From Epithemia pelagica (taxonomy: Eukaryota > Protista > Bacillariophyta), in contig OX337236.1 of the NCBI GenBank assembly GCA_946965045.2, forward strand, positions 2,976,001 through 3,040,000: a stretch of DNA of 64,000 bases. The letters run 5' to 3'. Each line of letters starts with the position of its first letter. Position 1 is the stretch's first letter. The notes under the pieces were generated by a model. The model was not told where the DNA came from. It did not search any database and worked only from the letters and a program-made list of their open reading frames with translations. A program made the translations under genes and the position numbers. Below, one piece after another: positions 42,080 to 54,639 of the stretch.

Positions 42080-45000
42080 AGCACTTGAATCCTTCACGGA
42101 CATTCGGTCGGAAGAACAGACCTTTATCACGGGTCGCACGTAGATAGCGGCAAATTCGTTTGACTGCCACCACATGGGATAGCTTCGGATCGTTACAGAA
42201 CCTAGCACATTGATGCACAGCGTAGGATAGATCCGGGCGAGACATGGCTTGAAGATAATTGAGGGAACCAATCACGGCACGGTAGTTCCAATCTTGCTTC
42301 CGAGTGGGGCCATCAGAGTCCGCGTGTAGGATCTTATTGTCTTCGGCTGGAGTGTCATGCATCTTGAAATTTTCTTGAGAGAGGCCCAGACCAAGATGAT
42401 TCAAGCAGTTGTCGATCGACTTCTGTTGTTGCAACTCAACACACCCATCTTCATGTCGAATGAATCGGGCTCCAAGATAGTCCAACAGTGGACCATCGTC
42501 TGTCAGGTCAAAGGACTTTTGGAGCAGCGCTACTTCTCGGTCAATGGCTTTCGGATCCGGAGAGAAGAAGGCTGCGTCGTCAATATACAGGACGAGAAGA
42601 ACGACGCCCTTTGAGAATAAACAGGGATCAACGTTGGATTGTTTGAAGCCTTGCTTGAGGAGTCCATCTTTTATGTGCTCATGCCAAGTCACTTGGCCGT
42701 CTTTCAAGCCATACAAGTTTTGTTGGAGCTTCAGCAAGTGTTTATTCGGGTCAAGGCCGGGCAATGTGGTACCTTTTGGCAATTGCATGAAGATATCAGT
42801 CTTCACCTTTGCTTGCGTGTACGCCATAATGAAGTCGATCGATCGCATGTCCCATCCCAAAATCAACGCCTGGATGAAGATGCACCGGACGGTTGGCCAT
42901 GCAACAACAGGGGAAAAAGTGGACCAGTAGGTATCACCAAAAACCTGTCTGTGGCCTCCAGCACAGAGGCGAGCTTTCCATTTAATGATTGCTCCAGCTG
43001 GGTCCTTTTTGCGCATAAACGACCAAACCATGGGGATTGGTTTTGCGTTGGGTGGAACTTGAGCTTTATGCACGATCTTCCAATGCTTCAATTCGGCATG
43101 CTGTTTGAGTTCCTTCACCATGGCCTGAATGAACTTGTCGCTATCTTCTTGTTGGAGAGCGATATGCAAGGGCATAACATCTGGCTTGATGGCGGCGGTG
43201 CTCATCATCTGCAGCAGTGCCAAAGGATGATAGTCGGCCAAAGTCTTGGCCACATCCTGAGCCATAAAACAACAATGATAAGCAATCAACGACAATCGAG
43301 AAGGGGGACGCACTTGTCGACTGGTCCTGGTTTGCCCTGTGGGGGCAATGTCCACTGGGTATGGTTGTGGAGTCTCTTCTGGTGGAACAGAAGCTATCTG
43401 TGGCTCGGGTTCGGCATCAGGAAGAGGAGCTGGATCGTCAGCAGGCACTTGCGGAATTGCACCCGTCAAGAGATCGGGTAATTCGAGCAAGGCCTGTGGG
43501 ATGTTGTTCCCAAAGTTGAGTAAGTTGGATTCTTGTTGTCGTTGTTGTTGTTGTGTACGTGATCGTCGTGTCAAGGGACGCGAGATCAGATGGTCAGATC
43601 TATTTTCATCTCCTTTGTGCACTAACGCATTTTGCTTCCAAATGCTTGTGTCATGTTGTTCGTTCTTCACTGTCTCGAATTTGTCGTCATACACGCAATG
43701 GAATTGTGGGCTTACAAGACCAGTTTGCGTAGACAGGATGAGAGGAACAGAAGCAGCATGATGGGGCGAGTGACACAACAATACACCAACTCGAGATCGT
43801 TCTGCCCATTTGGGATGAGGGCTTCCTGTTTGGAGTGGAGCTTGGAGCACATAAACGGGGCAACCAAAAGGATGAAAGTGTTTGGTGTTTGGTTCCACAT
43901 CGGAGTTGGAAAAGATGGAGATGGGAGATTTTGCTTTGTTGTTACGTGGGAGTGCATTGCGAATGTTTGTTGCATGCTTCACCGCTTGTGGCCACAAATT
44001 TGCTGTGATGGTTTTCGGCCATCTGTGAGCAGCATGAAGGATCATCGTTCTTGCGCTTTCGGTAAGGTCTCGAATTCGCCTTTCCGCGATCCCATTCTGA
44101 TGGTGGGCTCCCACGCCACAGAAAGAAATTGTTTGGAGTGCGTTTTTGACATCGTTCACAAACTCCTTGTCCGCAAATCGTCCATTGTCACAATGATAAT
44201 GCTGGACGGTAACACCATGCCGTTGCGCGAATCTTTCGAACTCGTGTTTTGCTTCCAAGGTTTCTTCGGTGGTAATGGCGTGCATTAAATGCACGTAAGT
44301 CAAATCGGACGCGTGGTCAACAAACACTGTGGCACCTTTGAATCTTTTCTTGGTCGGTTGGCCCTTTCCTGTTGGTACGAGACCAGGAACTGGGGATTCC
44401 AACTGGTCCATGCTCACGACTGCGCCAGGGACTGTTGACGTGCGAATCTTCGGATCCACCTTGTGGGTGCACCAAGGTTTCTTGTGCGCTTTCCCATAGA
44501 GGCAGCTGGGACATTTGGGAGGCGCAACCTTTGCGAACTGTTTCGGGATCACGCCCTTTTCTGCTAGTTGTTTCAGTTGTTGAAAGGAGCAGTGACCCAA
44601 TCGCTCGTGATATTGCATCAAGAGGTCTTGGTCCGAACGCAACAATGGTTCATCTTCCACAATGGGTGGCAAGACATTGGGATCCGTGGTGAAATCGGTT
44701 GTCACTCCCTCGGATGGTGACGACCGGATTGGATGAATCGGCTGGGGCTCTTGGTCTTCATCATCGGGCGGAGGATCAGGAGGCGGACGCTCAGGATCAT
44801 CTTCATCTTCTGAGTCAGAGACTGGGTTGGCAGGCATTGCAAGAGCCATGAATGCACGGAAACGACGGAAACCAGGGGCTGTAAAGCACATACCGACGTT
44901 GTTCTTGTTGAGCGGTACGTATTTGCTCACTTTTTGATCCTTGGTACTGAGCCACTCTAACTCTATGCTCATACCGTCAATTGAACAGCGAGCTTTTGTG

Positions 45001-46065
45001 TCTCCTTCTACTCGTCGTTGTCGAACAAAGACTTGGGGCACCATAATGTTGAGAGGGGCAGAAGGTAAGTGCCGCACATCTCGCAATTCGATGGTGTGAA
45101 TCATGTTCAAGTCATCTTCATACTTGATTGGAACGGTTCCTATGCCTTAGGGCATGACAGTTTCTCCATTTACGCCGAGCAAGGCTTCCTTCATTCTTTC
45201 TTCTTTGGTCAAGGGACGGTAGGATGTGAAGGCTCTACGGTACTTCCACAGGTGATGAGAGGCACCAGAGTCGATGAGAAACTTGTCGGCGTCAGAATCG
45301 AAGACGGCAGTACGAGGACGGTCATCCGAGCTTGTGGTGGACGTGCCATTCATAGCCAAATCAATCAATGGATTCTTGTTTGGGATGAACAAGGATGCCA
45401 ATTGTTTGGCCTGGCGGAAGAATGACTTCTTTTTGGTCCTATCTCGGGTGCGAGTGGTATCAACGCAACAATCAACGTCTTGGAAGTGAAACGTTTTGTT
45501 GGCTTGTTTGGAAAGATGACCCACTGCAATCCACCGAATCTTTTGGTCAATTTGCAGCGCCGCGAGACATAACAATATACGAGGCAATTTGATGGTGATG
45601 TCAACTGGGAGACGGCGGCCCACACTTGATCTGTGGATTCGAGTTCGGGGCGGACGACGTCGGAAAGGCTTGTTGGCGACTTTGAATGGTTTGGTTCGAG
45701 CGGAGAAAAATTTCACAATCCGCTTGATCCACGACAGAACCTCATGAAACGCGACAATATTCATTTTGATCGTAAGAAAAACAACAAACGGCCAAAATGC
45801 CATGAATGCATCCCATGAGGGTAGCAGTCATTCACTGCCATTCTTGATGATGGCTGCAAGAGCATCGGCCAAATCATCAGTATCGAACTCGCCGCCAGGA
45901 AGGATTGCGGCCATTCCCTTTTTGAGCTTGTCCACATCGACAGCAACTTCGGCGGCCACACCAGAACCAATTTACTTCCTTCGTACCTTTTATTTCCACG
46001 TAGACTCTGGTACTAAAGCTACGGCCCATTTTATTGAACCATTTTGGTTCAATATCGCACACCGA
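42080..46065 (-). mobile_element. Copia-1 internal fragment, copy B (gag end, PR, IN, RT; RNase H and both LTRs missing)
   Basis: ORFs 45147-45803 (DSGA protease) and 42051-45110 are in one frame, split by TAA. Confidence 0.93.
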
Positions 46066-46334
46066 TTAACGCCACACGTAAAGAACGGGTTTAAGCTTAT
46101 GAGAGCAGCATATAGTTGTCTCCCATAAATTTTATGGGCGTCAACGTGCTGCTCGAATTGTTGTCTCCCTTACTAAAACACTAATCCTACCTGTGTTAAG
46201 CAATGACACTTGTGTCATTTTTCTCCTCATTCATCTTGACGACATTCATTCATTCTGTGAATGGTACGATCAATTCGTCGTTACTTTCATTCTATATCAC
46301 TTTCTTGTTCATCCCCACCTCCAAACTGACGGTC

Positions 46335-46967
46335 ATGAACGGTGAGTATATACTTGATTCATCAATTTCTTTGATACATTCGCACCTCATGTTTGTTATG
46401 TTTTCCACTTTAGGACTCATTGATTCCATCGAGATTGCTGAGACGTACCTCGAAGAAGACAACAATCAAGCGAGTTCGGGTGTGATGGTTCCCTTTACCC
46501 TCAAGAAATCTCGAGTCATGATTACGGGTGAAACAGGCACTGTTATTGACGAAACCGCAGAAGCCACCGAGACGAGGTATCTTCCTGAGGAGTATGCGTC
46601 TTCCGAAAGTGTCCAGGTGATTCTTCACGAATTGAGCAACAATACTCCACCCTCCCAAACCCATGGCTACATGTATTGGGAGAGTGTGTGTGGAGTATGC
46701 CAACAAAATCCCTGCGTCATTGTTGACAATCTGCCCTATCTTCACGAACTCGTCACGCACATGAAAAACAAAGGCGAGACGAACCGCGCCATTCGTTACC
46801 AGCTCTATTGGCGCTTGTCAAATAAGCTTCACGGTCCCCTTGGACGTGGCCACCGTGTGCAACTCCCCGATTGTCTTGTTCAGTTTGTCCGTGACAACTT
46901 CCCTAACGAGAACCCAGAAGAAAAGTACGTCGGCTTTCAGGCAGGTCCCATCAATCACGACGAATAA
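46335..46967 (+). CDS. P2X7-ballast-like passenger protein, copy B
   Basis: Identical protein to 4213-4845. Confidence 0.6.
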   Translation: MNGEYILDSSISLIHSHLMFVMFSTLGLIDSIEIAETYLEEDNNQASSGVMVPFTLKKSRVMITGETGTVIDETAEATETRYLPEEYASSESVQVILHELSNNTPPSQTHGYMYWESVCGVCQQNPCVIVDNLPYLHELVTHMKNKGETNRAIRYQLYWRLSNKLHGPLGRGHRVQLPDCLVQFVRDNFPNENPEEKYVGFQAGPINHDE

Positions 46968-47032
46968 ACAAGCGATACGGTAATCGTTCCTAAGCTCACA
47001 TTATTCTCTTACTTAGATTATTTAGTTGTCGT

Positions 47033-49886
47033 TTACAATTCATGAATTTCTCCACTGTTCTCTGTACTTTCGTTGTCATGATCATTGTCATTCTCTACGT
47101 TCTCGTTATTTGTGTCTTCTTCTTCGTCGTCATCCTCTTCCATATCATTTGGTCCGCGATTTGTCCGCTTTCTCTTCCTTGTAAAGTCTGGAGACAGTCC
47201 ATGCTTCTCTCGTAGATCCATTATAATTGGGTGGTTTTTTTTTGGTGTGTACTTGTAGCGACTTCCCGGAGACAAAGCCGGACGACACATGAACATCTCT
47301 CTTCCCTGTGGTGAATGGAGAATTTCGAAGCAAGTGTGGTCTGTAAATTGTGGGAGCGTATGGATTTTCCAGCCATCCTCTCTGTCATCCTTGCATGACA
47401 CTAAATGTGCCACGAGTCCACACTTGACACATCGACCTACGTTGGTAAACATTCCTTTCATGCCGAGCTCTTTGCGCCTCCACCGATATTCCAACAAGCA
47501 AACTGTGCATCCGACACGTTTGTTCCCTTCCAATGGCACTGGATAATGCCCATCCTCACATGTTGGGCGACTGGCAACTCGAGTCCTCCTTGCTAAAGCG
47601 TCCACTTCTTCTTGTGCAACATAGCTACACATTGTTTGCGCAACAATAGTGTAGAACGTATGTCGCGACAGCTTGGTTCGTCTTGATCGTACTCGATCCC
47701 CAGACGACATGTTCCATCCGATGTAAGCATTCAATAGCATCACATCCATTATTGCCAATGCTGACTTCTTGTACCACTTTTTGTAATGTCCATGGGTTGC
47801 AAAACCTCCGAAATGGGAACGCATCTGATCTCCATGATCAATGCCCCCCATATTGTCCTGATAACGTATTAGAGGCATTGGACAATTGAAGTCCTCTTTA
47901 TTTGGTCCCACTTGACGCTGCACTTCCCCTTTGCCGTTGCTTTCATAGCTGGAAACGAAATTGACGACTTTCGAGTCCACCTATTGGCCGATAACAATTC
48001 CATTCACTTCGTCGTGAGCCAGGTTGATTGTTCTGCGATTTGTTGCTGTTTTTTTCAATGTCATCAGCGTCTTACTCCACCCCACTCGGTTTGTCCTCAC
48101 TGTACCAGTAGCAAGGATCTTCAAACGGTCACGGAGGATAACCAGTAGCTGTGGGGCTGCGTACCGGTTATCCATAAACAAATGGCAGAATCCGTTGGTT
48201 CCCTTGTGTAATTCTAATGCATAACATGCATTGACAACTGCTTTCATGGTCGTAGGTAGTTTCTTTGCCTCCTCTCGTATGTACGAGTTGGTCGCATTCT
48301 TTCCTTGATACACGTCGATATGAAGGATGGCGTATGATCTGGAAGAAGCCATGATGAAAAAATCGACCCGGAATTTTACCGGTTTATCTTTATTATACTG
48401 TCGGACGGGGCAGTATCTTGAGCGGCAGCCGATTCCTCCTTCATCGAAAGCCAAGTCTTCTGGTATTTTGAACGATCGTTTCGAAGCTCCATTTACTGCC
48501 TGAAGTAATTGCCGTTATTGGTAGCACTTGTCACCACCTCTCCCAGCACTTTTCTTTTGTGGATGAAACGCACCGCGAATCTGACGAAATCGAGCAAGTC
48601 GCATGTATCTGAAAGCCCATCCCTCACTATCCAAAATTTCTACCGAAGGGAGAGCTGTCCCTAAGCTAAACATCCGATTGGATGTTTGAAAATAGGTGGC
48701 ATATCCACCTCCATCGATTGGTCGAAGAGACATCATCAGAATGATGCCTAAGAACCGCGTCATTTCTTGTTCCGTTACATCTTGCCACTTCTGTGAATGG
48801 AAGTAACCCCTGCGCCCCATCAACTTGGGACGGATTTTCTCGTGAAAATACTGATTGGTTGCGGCGGCCATATCGGAAATGAGAGCGGTTGATATGCCTC
48901 CGACCACACGCAAACTCTCCAACGGTGTGGTGAAATCTTCCGCAATACCTAATTTCAGACCGTCTTCTCCGCTAAACATATTTCTGTTGTGACGTTCCTT
49001 TCCAATCCAAGAGAGTCCGTTGTCGGAAGCATCAATAGACTTGTAATGGAAGTGCAGGTTGTCAATCAGAACTTTTAGGTTTGTTGTATTGTTTGGGTCA
49101 TCGTCGTCTGAATCTGAATCGCCAACACCGTTGTGCTCGTCGTGATCAGTCACGTCGTTGTCCTCGTTGTAATCGTTCTCATCTAGTGGATTCAGAGGCC
49201 GTGCAGCTGATTCATTCAACTCAAGTTCGAAACCACCTTGATGGTCTTCATCAGAAGACGAACCACTGTCCTCATCGAGATTACCTACATTCGTGTTGCG
49301 CTGTTGTTGTCGGGTTGTGACACTTGTTTGTCTCGTCGAGGCGGCGGCACTTGTTTGTCTCGTCGAGGCGGCCGTGCTTGTACTCCCAAACAGACGTGTC
49401 GTTAGTTGGTTCATTGGAGTGTTATTGTTATCAGCATCTCCATTATCGACTCCATTATTGGCTTGGGCGTTATCTCCGGGAGAGGGTCCGACTTGTGGAG
49501 CCGTCATAAGAGTAGCGCGTCCTCGAGCCCACTCTTGTGTCGACGGCAGGTTTGTGTTTTGACGTGTACGTGAATTGCGGCTCGATCCACGTAGAGAGGA
49601 GTTACTAGCATTCTTCAGTGCATCCCTCCTTTGTGCTCGTTCGGCTGTGGAAGGAGGTGGTGGTTGTGCTCGGCGTCGTCCCTTGTTATGTCTGGGTGAA
49701 CGTCGAACCGAAGGGGACTGTGTGATATTGTGGCTGTTCGGGTCGTTTCCTTTATCGGGTTGAGAAACATTAGTTGAACTTGGTTGTTGGGTTCCAGTTC
49801 TCTGAGATTGTTGAGATTGAGTTGCCTGGTTCGTTCTATTAGTACTAGGAGGTGCATGATATGCTTCGATGAACTGTCGAAGCCTC
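47033..49886 (-). pseudogene. piggyBac transposase 3' part, copy B (same two nonsense codons; 5' part deleted)
   Basis: ORFs 48515-49507, 47981-48454 and 47033-47980 match copy A. Confidence 0.9.
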
Positions 49887-50664
49887 TGTTACAATTCTCT
49901 TGGAATTGCAGTGGCGTTGATGCTCGGTAGAGCAGACAATCAGGTAGTCACCAACCGATACAAACCTCTCCACGGGTAAGAGAGGAAAGCAAGTCGTAGT
50001 CTATCAAAAGGATAGTCGGGACACAAAAGAGGATGTGATAAATGGCGATATTGTTAGATTGTGTGTTGATTACTACGATAGGTCTACGTGAAATGTTCGG
50101 TCCTGCCAAGGGTCATGTGTCATAGGTTCTTGGCGGCAACAGGTTTGGAATAGTTGGAGTTGATTCATGTGATGTATATGACATGTATATGTGGACGGAT
50201 AACATATACAGGGTCAACAGCTCTTGCTTTGGATTGGCATAGTTGTTTTCATGGCGCGCAGCTTGTTGACAATTTGGAGATTATGGGAATGGAAATATGG
50301 TCTTGCGTGATTGTGTGTCGTGCTTGGGATACTTAGACCGTTGGGTCGGATAGATGCCGACAGCGCTCGGATGTCGCGTGGGCGCGCTCGATGATTTCGG
50401 GCGCGTACGCTTAGGGCGTTAGTATAATGTCCGAGCAACGGCCAAATTTACGTCCGTTGTAATACCGCACGACCCAGTTTAGTCTTGAGAGTGAGTTCGT
50501 CAATCTATTCTCACTTTTCATGATTTGCAAAGAAATATAGGTCAATATAGCGCGAAGCTAGGGAACATAGCTCGAAGCTAGATGGCATGATGCGATAGCA
50601 CGAGGCTATGTGACATGGGGAATCGATGAGATGTAGAATCTAACCACCATAGACAGTGAGAATT

Positions 50665-53600
50665 CTAACACTCCCCACAACTCGTCCTTTCAGCCTTGTC
50701 ATCATTGGATTTGTTGAGGTCTTGAACTTCTCCTTTCCAAAACAACAAGGGCTTGAGCATGGGCCAAATAGATACGAAATCCCAATGTTTGCTAAGGATA
50801 TCGGCAGGGTTGGTCTTTCCATCTTTCCAGTAGAATGCAACATACTTTGCTGCGATGGCTTCACGAACTCGGTGGTATGACAGAAGATGGTGTCTCTTGG
50901 ATAGTATGGAATGAGGAATGGTTGCATTGAGCACAACAGATCTGTTATCTCCGTACATGTAACTTCGCTCTCGGATAGGTACTCCAAGGTAGCGGAGAGA
51001 ATGTCGTAATTCTGTAATCTGATCTATTGCTGTCCTTGCAGCCACAAACTCGGATCCATAGGTAGCAGTTTCCACCGTGCTCTGTCTCTTGCTGTACCAG
51101 TCAATAGGTGTTCCGTTCAACAAATGTAGAACAGCAGTGACGGATTTACCAGTGACTATGTCATGCATGAGATTGGCATCAACATAATGAGTTGTGGTAA
51201 CATAGCGGCCAAGAGGTGTTGGGCAGTCTTCAGGAATACGTTCACTTGCATTCGAATAGACAGTGCGAGTCCAATCAAATTCTTGGGTAGGAAGACTTGA
51301 ATAATCAGGCTCTCCAATCCTAAATCTGATTGCGCCTTCTGGGAGATGTGCAAGGTATCCATAGATACGCTTGGCTCTATCAAGATGTCCTTTCCTCGGA
51401 GCAGCACGAAAGCGTGATAGCGTCATTGTAGCGGTGAAGACGTCGAAACGACCAATAGTGATCACCCATTGGAGTTGTCCAATCAGAGTTTGGAAATGGC
51501 TAGTACCTTCTTCATCAAGGAGCTCAGAATCATCCAATTCAGGATGGTCTCCACCAATAAGAGGTGTTTTGGCTTTCTTGGGTTTCGCCTTGAAGATTCG
51601 TTCGAAAGTGTCCATCATCTTACCAATGTAGCGTCTTGGATCTGCTACTAATGTTCCATCAGAATCCTTGGTGTAACAACATCCCAAGTGGAAATCAATA
51701 GGTCCATCTCCTTTGAGTTTGAAGTTGTATTTCTCCTTCAGGATCTTGCAGATATTCCCAGGATCAGTAGAAATAATGGCTAAGTCATCAACGTATACGG
51801 CAATGTATTCGTAACAGTCTTCTCCAGGTGCTTTCCTCATCCAGATATCCGGATCTGCTTTGCTTGGTGAAAAACCCATGTCTGTCAAAACATCGAATAA
51901 GACATCATGCCAGCGTGCGCCTGATGACTTCAATCCATAAAGTGCCTTGTATATAATCAGGATGTGACCTTCTAATTCCTTGAATTCAGGTCCTGCGACA
52001 ATGAAGATTTTCTCCCCTGTCAAGGCTTCCAGATATGCGTTTCCAATATCTGCTCCCCATATTTCCAAGTCATTCAAAGTACCCAGGAATAAGGCAATGC
52101 GGAGGTTGCGAATGGAAACAACACCTGAATAGATTGTCTCAACAGGTTCTTTTGTGAGATGTCCATCTGCGACAAGTCTTGCTTTATGTCGTCCATCATG
52201 TTTTACGTCAAAGACAAGATGTACACGTATCTTATGATATCCTTCAGGTGCATTGGATACTTTCCCTTTAATGAAGATGGCTTTCCCAAAATCCTTGAAT
52301 GTCTTGTAGGACTGGATCTGTGACAATTCTAATTCTGTTGCATCCTGCCACTTTGTGTTGCCATGCTGTTTATCAAGAGCGACAGCTTCCTCATAATTGC
52401 GTGGTACTTGTAATCCAAACTTATACTTGACAGAATGGTGAACTTGTTTAATCCTTGACTGTTTGGTTGCTCGAATGAGACGTTTGCTTGTTTTGACATA
52501 ACGTTTCAAATGCTTCCATCCAGGTTCGTTGAGTAAACCATGTTTCTTTCCATAAATTGCTACAGTGATCGGATCATCATTGGCGATGAGTGATAAAGGT
52601 TCATAGGTAGTCTCCCCAGTTTCCCAATCAACAAGCAAATTATATTTGCTCCCCTTGTAATCTGGAGCAGTTGTGTTCAGTGGGCCTTGATGGGCAATGA
52701 CGTCCCTGAACCTGAAAAGATTATCTCCAGAGGTTTGAGCTTGGTTATCTCGTTCGATATACTCCATGAGTTGATTATAGGATATCATCTCATCAACATC
52801 AGAATTTGTCTTTCGGTAGATGTACTTGACACGTTCTTCCTGTTTCGTTGCTTCTTCATTAAGATCAATGACTCGTTTGATGACACGTGCACGGTGTCGC
52901 TCCCCATTTTCTTCTGTGTCGCATAGGAATGTGCGTCCTATCATGTCGTCAAAATCGATCGTGGGCATTGGTTTGGATGGATCTTCACTATCACTGCAAA
53001 TGAAGACAGTGTCAGCTTGCTTATCATTGTCATCCTTCTCAGACAAATCCTCCCCTGAAGGTCGATCCACACGTAGGTTAGGTGTAGTGGATTCAACACG
53101 GCGAACGGCAGAACGGTAGATTATCTGGTTATCCTGGGTGAGAATCTTCCAAGTAAAAGAATCACCAACGTTGTGAGCAAAACCAACCCAGTGGCCAAGT
53201 TTCTCATCCGAAGAAGATGGATATGAACCAGAATTGGGTTCAGCGGGGTCGACACGGTAGTATACCTCATCCCAGAAAGGAAAGAACAAGAGATGAGTAA
53301 TGTCGGGTGGGCGTCCGGAGAGAGCCTCAAGAGGAGTGCGACCGGAATGGGTGGGTGATGATGTATGGTTCAATAAGTCACAGACATACTCAAGGCAAAG
53401 AAGCCAGGTGTTGGCAGGGCAACCAGTGGCATTCATGAGAGCGTTGGTCATACGTTTGACGGTCTGGTAACGGTTTTCAGCCTTATTCTGGTGTTGATGA
53501 TAAGGTTCGGATCGATACTCCCCAATAAGCAAAGTGCGAAGAATGTCTTTGACCTTTTGAGAGATGAGAGATGAACCACCATCACTGATAAGAGTCTCCA

Positions 53601-54627
53601 TGGCACCACGAAACCGGATGTTGTCCTGAAGAGTATTGACAAACTGTTTGGTTGACTTGATCCCATAGATATCAGTAACCAGAGTATCTCGACCAACAAA
53701 GATTTGTGCGACTTTACCGCCATGGTCAACAGCAGGGGTGTCGGAGAAAACCGAGTCAGTAGCAACGGGTTCATGACGTCGAGGTACATTAAGGACCGGA
53801 TTGCGAGCCTTGAAATGTTTCTTGAGGGTGTCGTGGTCCAAAGTAATGCTACCATTACGTGTAGTGTGCTTGAACGTATCGGCAATAACATCTTCAGATT
53901 GCCAACCAAAGAATGGACGGAACTTCTTCCAGTCATACGCTTCCTGGTAACGACGGTGGACAGAGGCATGAAGTGTAGGATCATTACCTTCTGCGTCAGC
54001 ATAGATAGAAAAGAAGGATGCGTCGTCAGGTCCATGATCGTATGGGAGATCCAAAAGGAGATTGAGGTTACAAACAACACGATCAGTGTACTTCCCATAG
54101 TTGTCATATGGATGGTTTGACATACTACCATCAGTCTTGACGTGTTTCCAATCAGGATCATTGTCAGAGGGTGTGGGAGAATACGAATGGTCCAGAACAC
54201 CAGGATCCCATGTGTCGGGTGACGTGAAGATGATCTGAGGTAAGGTATTCATGTCATCGTCGCTGGGGATACCCAAGGAGTGGATGTAGGCTAACCCATC
54301 CTTGATGTGAAGGGGTATAGCACGACCATCAAGTGTAGTGATGCGTTGTTTACCATCAACTTTAACAGATCGTTCGTCAACAGCAAGTCCAAAATGCTCA
54401 AATTGACCAGGAGCATGGATAGATAAGCCCTTTCCATAATAAGCATATTCATTGAAGATGCCGACAATAGGTCTATCATTGGTCTCAAACTTTGCGGCAC
54501 ATGTGACGACAGGAAGTCCAGTAAGTTCATGGTTATCAATACCCACAATAGTGATATGGCGGCCAGTCTTAGAAAGGATGCGCATGTCAGAACCAGCAAG
54601 TCCTCCATTAGCACCACGGTCAATCAA
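50665..54627 (-). CDS. pol: Copia-2 Pol, copy B (1320 aa)
   Basis: Differs from copy A at two residues seen (DDAP/DDAS, SNDN/SNDD). Confidence 0.95.
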   Translation of the reverse strand: MIDRGANGGLAGSDMRILSKTGRHITIVGIDNHELTGLPVVTCAAKFETNDRPIVGIFNEYAYYGKGLSIHAPGQFEHFGLAVDERSVKVDGKQRITTLDGRAIPLHIKDGLAYIHSLGIPSDDDMNTLPQIIFTSPDTWDPGVLDHSYSPTPSDNDPDWKHVKTDGSMSNHPYDNYGKYTDRVVCNLNLLLDLPYDHGPDDASFFSIYADAEGNDPTLHASVHRRYQEAYDWKKFRPFFGWQSEDVIADTFKHTTRNGSITLDHDTLKKHFKARNPVLNVPRRHEPVATDSVFSDTPAVDHGGKVAQIFVGRDTLVTDIYGIKSTKQFVNTLQDNIRFRGAMETLISDGGSSLISQKVKDILRTLLIGEYRSEPYHQHQNKAENRYQTVKRMTNALMNATGCPANTWLLCLEYVCDLLNHTSSPTHSGRTPLEALSGRPPDITHLLFFPFWDEVYYRVDPAEPNSGSYPSSSDEKLGHWVGFAHNVGDSFTWKILTQDNQIIYRSAVRRVESTTPNLRVDRPSGEDLSEKDDNDKQADTVFICSDSEDPSKPMPTIDFDDMIGRTFLCDTEENGERHRARVIKRVIDLNEEATKQEERVKYIYRKTNSDVDEMISYNQLMEYIERDNQAQTSGDNLFRFRDVIAHQGPLNTTAPDYKGSKYNLLVDWETGETTYEPLSLIANDDPITVAIYGKKHGLLNEPGWKHLKRYVKTSKRLIRATKQSRIKQVHHSVKYKFGLQVPRNYEEAVALDKQHGNTKWQDATELELSQIQSYKTFKDFGKAIFIKGKVSNAPEGYHKIRVHLVFDVKHDGRHKARLVADGHLTKEPVETIYSGVVSIRNLRIALFLGTLNDLEIWGADIGNAYLEALTGEKIFIVAGPEFKELEGHILIIYKALYGLKSSGARWHDVLFDVLTDMGFSPSKADPDIWMRKAPGEDCYEYIAVYVDDLAIISTDPGNICKILKEKYNFKLKGDGPIDFHLGCCYTKDSDGTLVADPRRYIGKMMDTFERIFKAKPKKAKTPLIGGDHPELDDSELLDEEGTSHFQTLIGQLQWVITIGRFDVFTATMTLSRFRAAPRKGHLDRAKRIYGYLAHLPEGAIRFRIGEPDYSSLPTQEFDWTRTVYSNASERIPEDCPTPLGRYVTTTHYVDANLMHDIVTGKSVTAVLHLLNGTPIDWYSKRQSTVETATYGSEFVAARTAIDQITELRHSLRYLGVPIRERSYMYGDNRSVVLNATIPHSILSKRHHLLSYHRVREAIAAKYVAFYWKDGKTNPADILSKHWDFVSIWPMLKPLLFWKGEVQDLNKSNDDKAERTSCGEC

Positions 54628-54639
54628 TTGATTTCCTGG

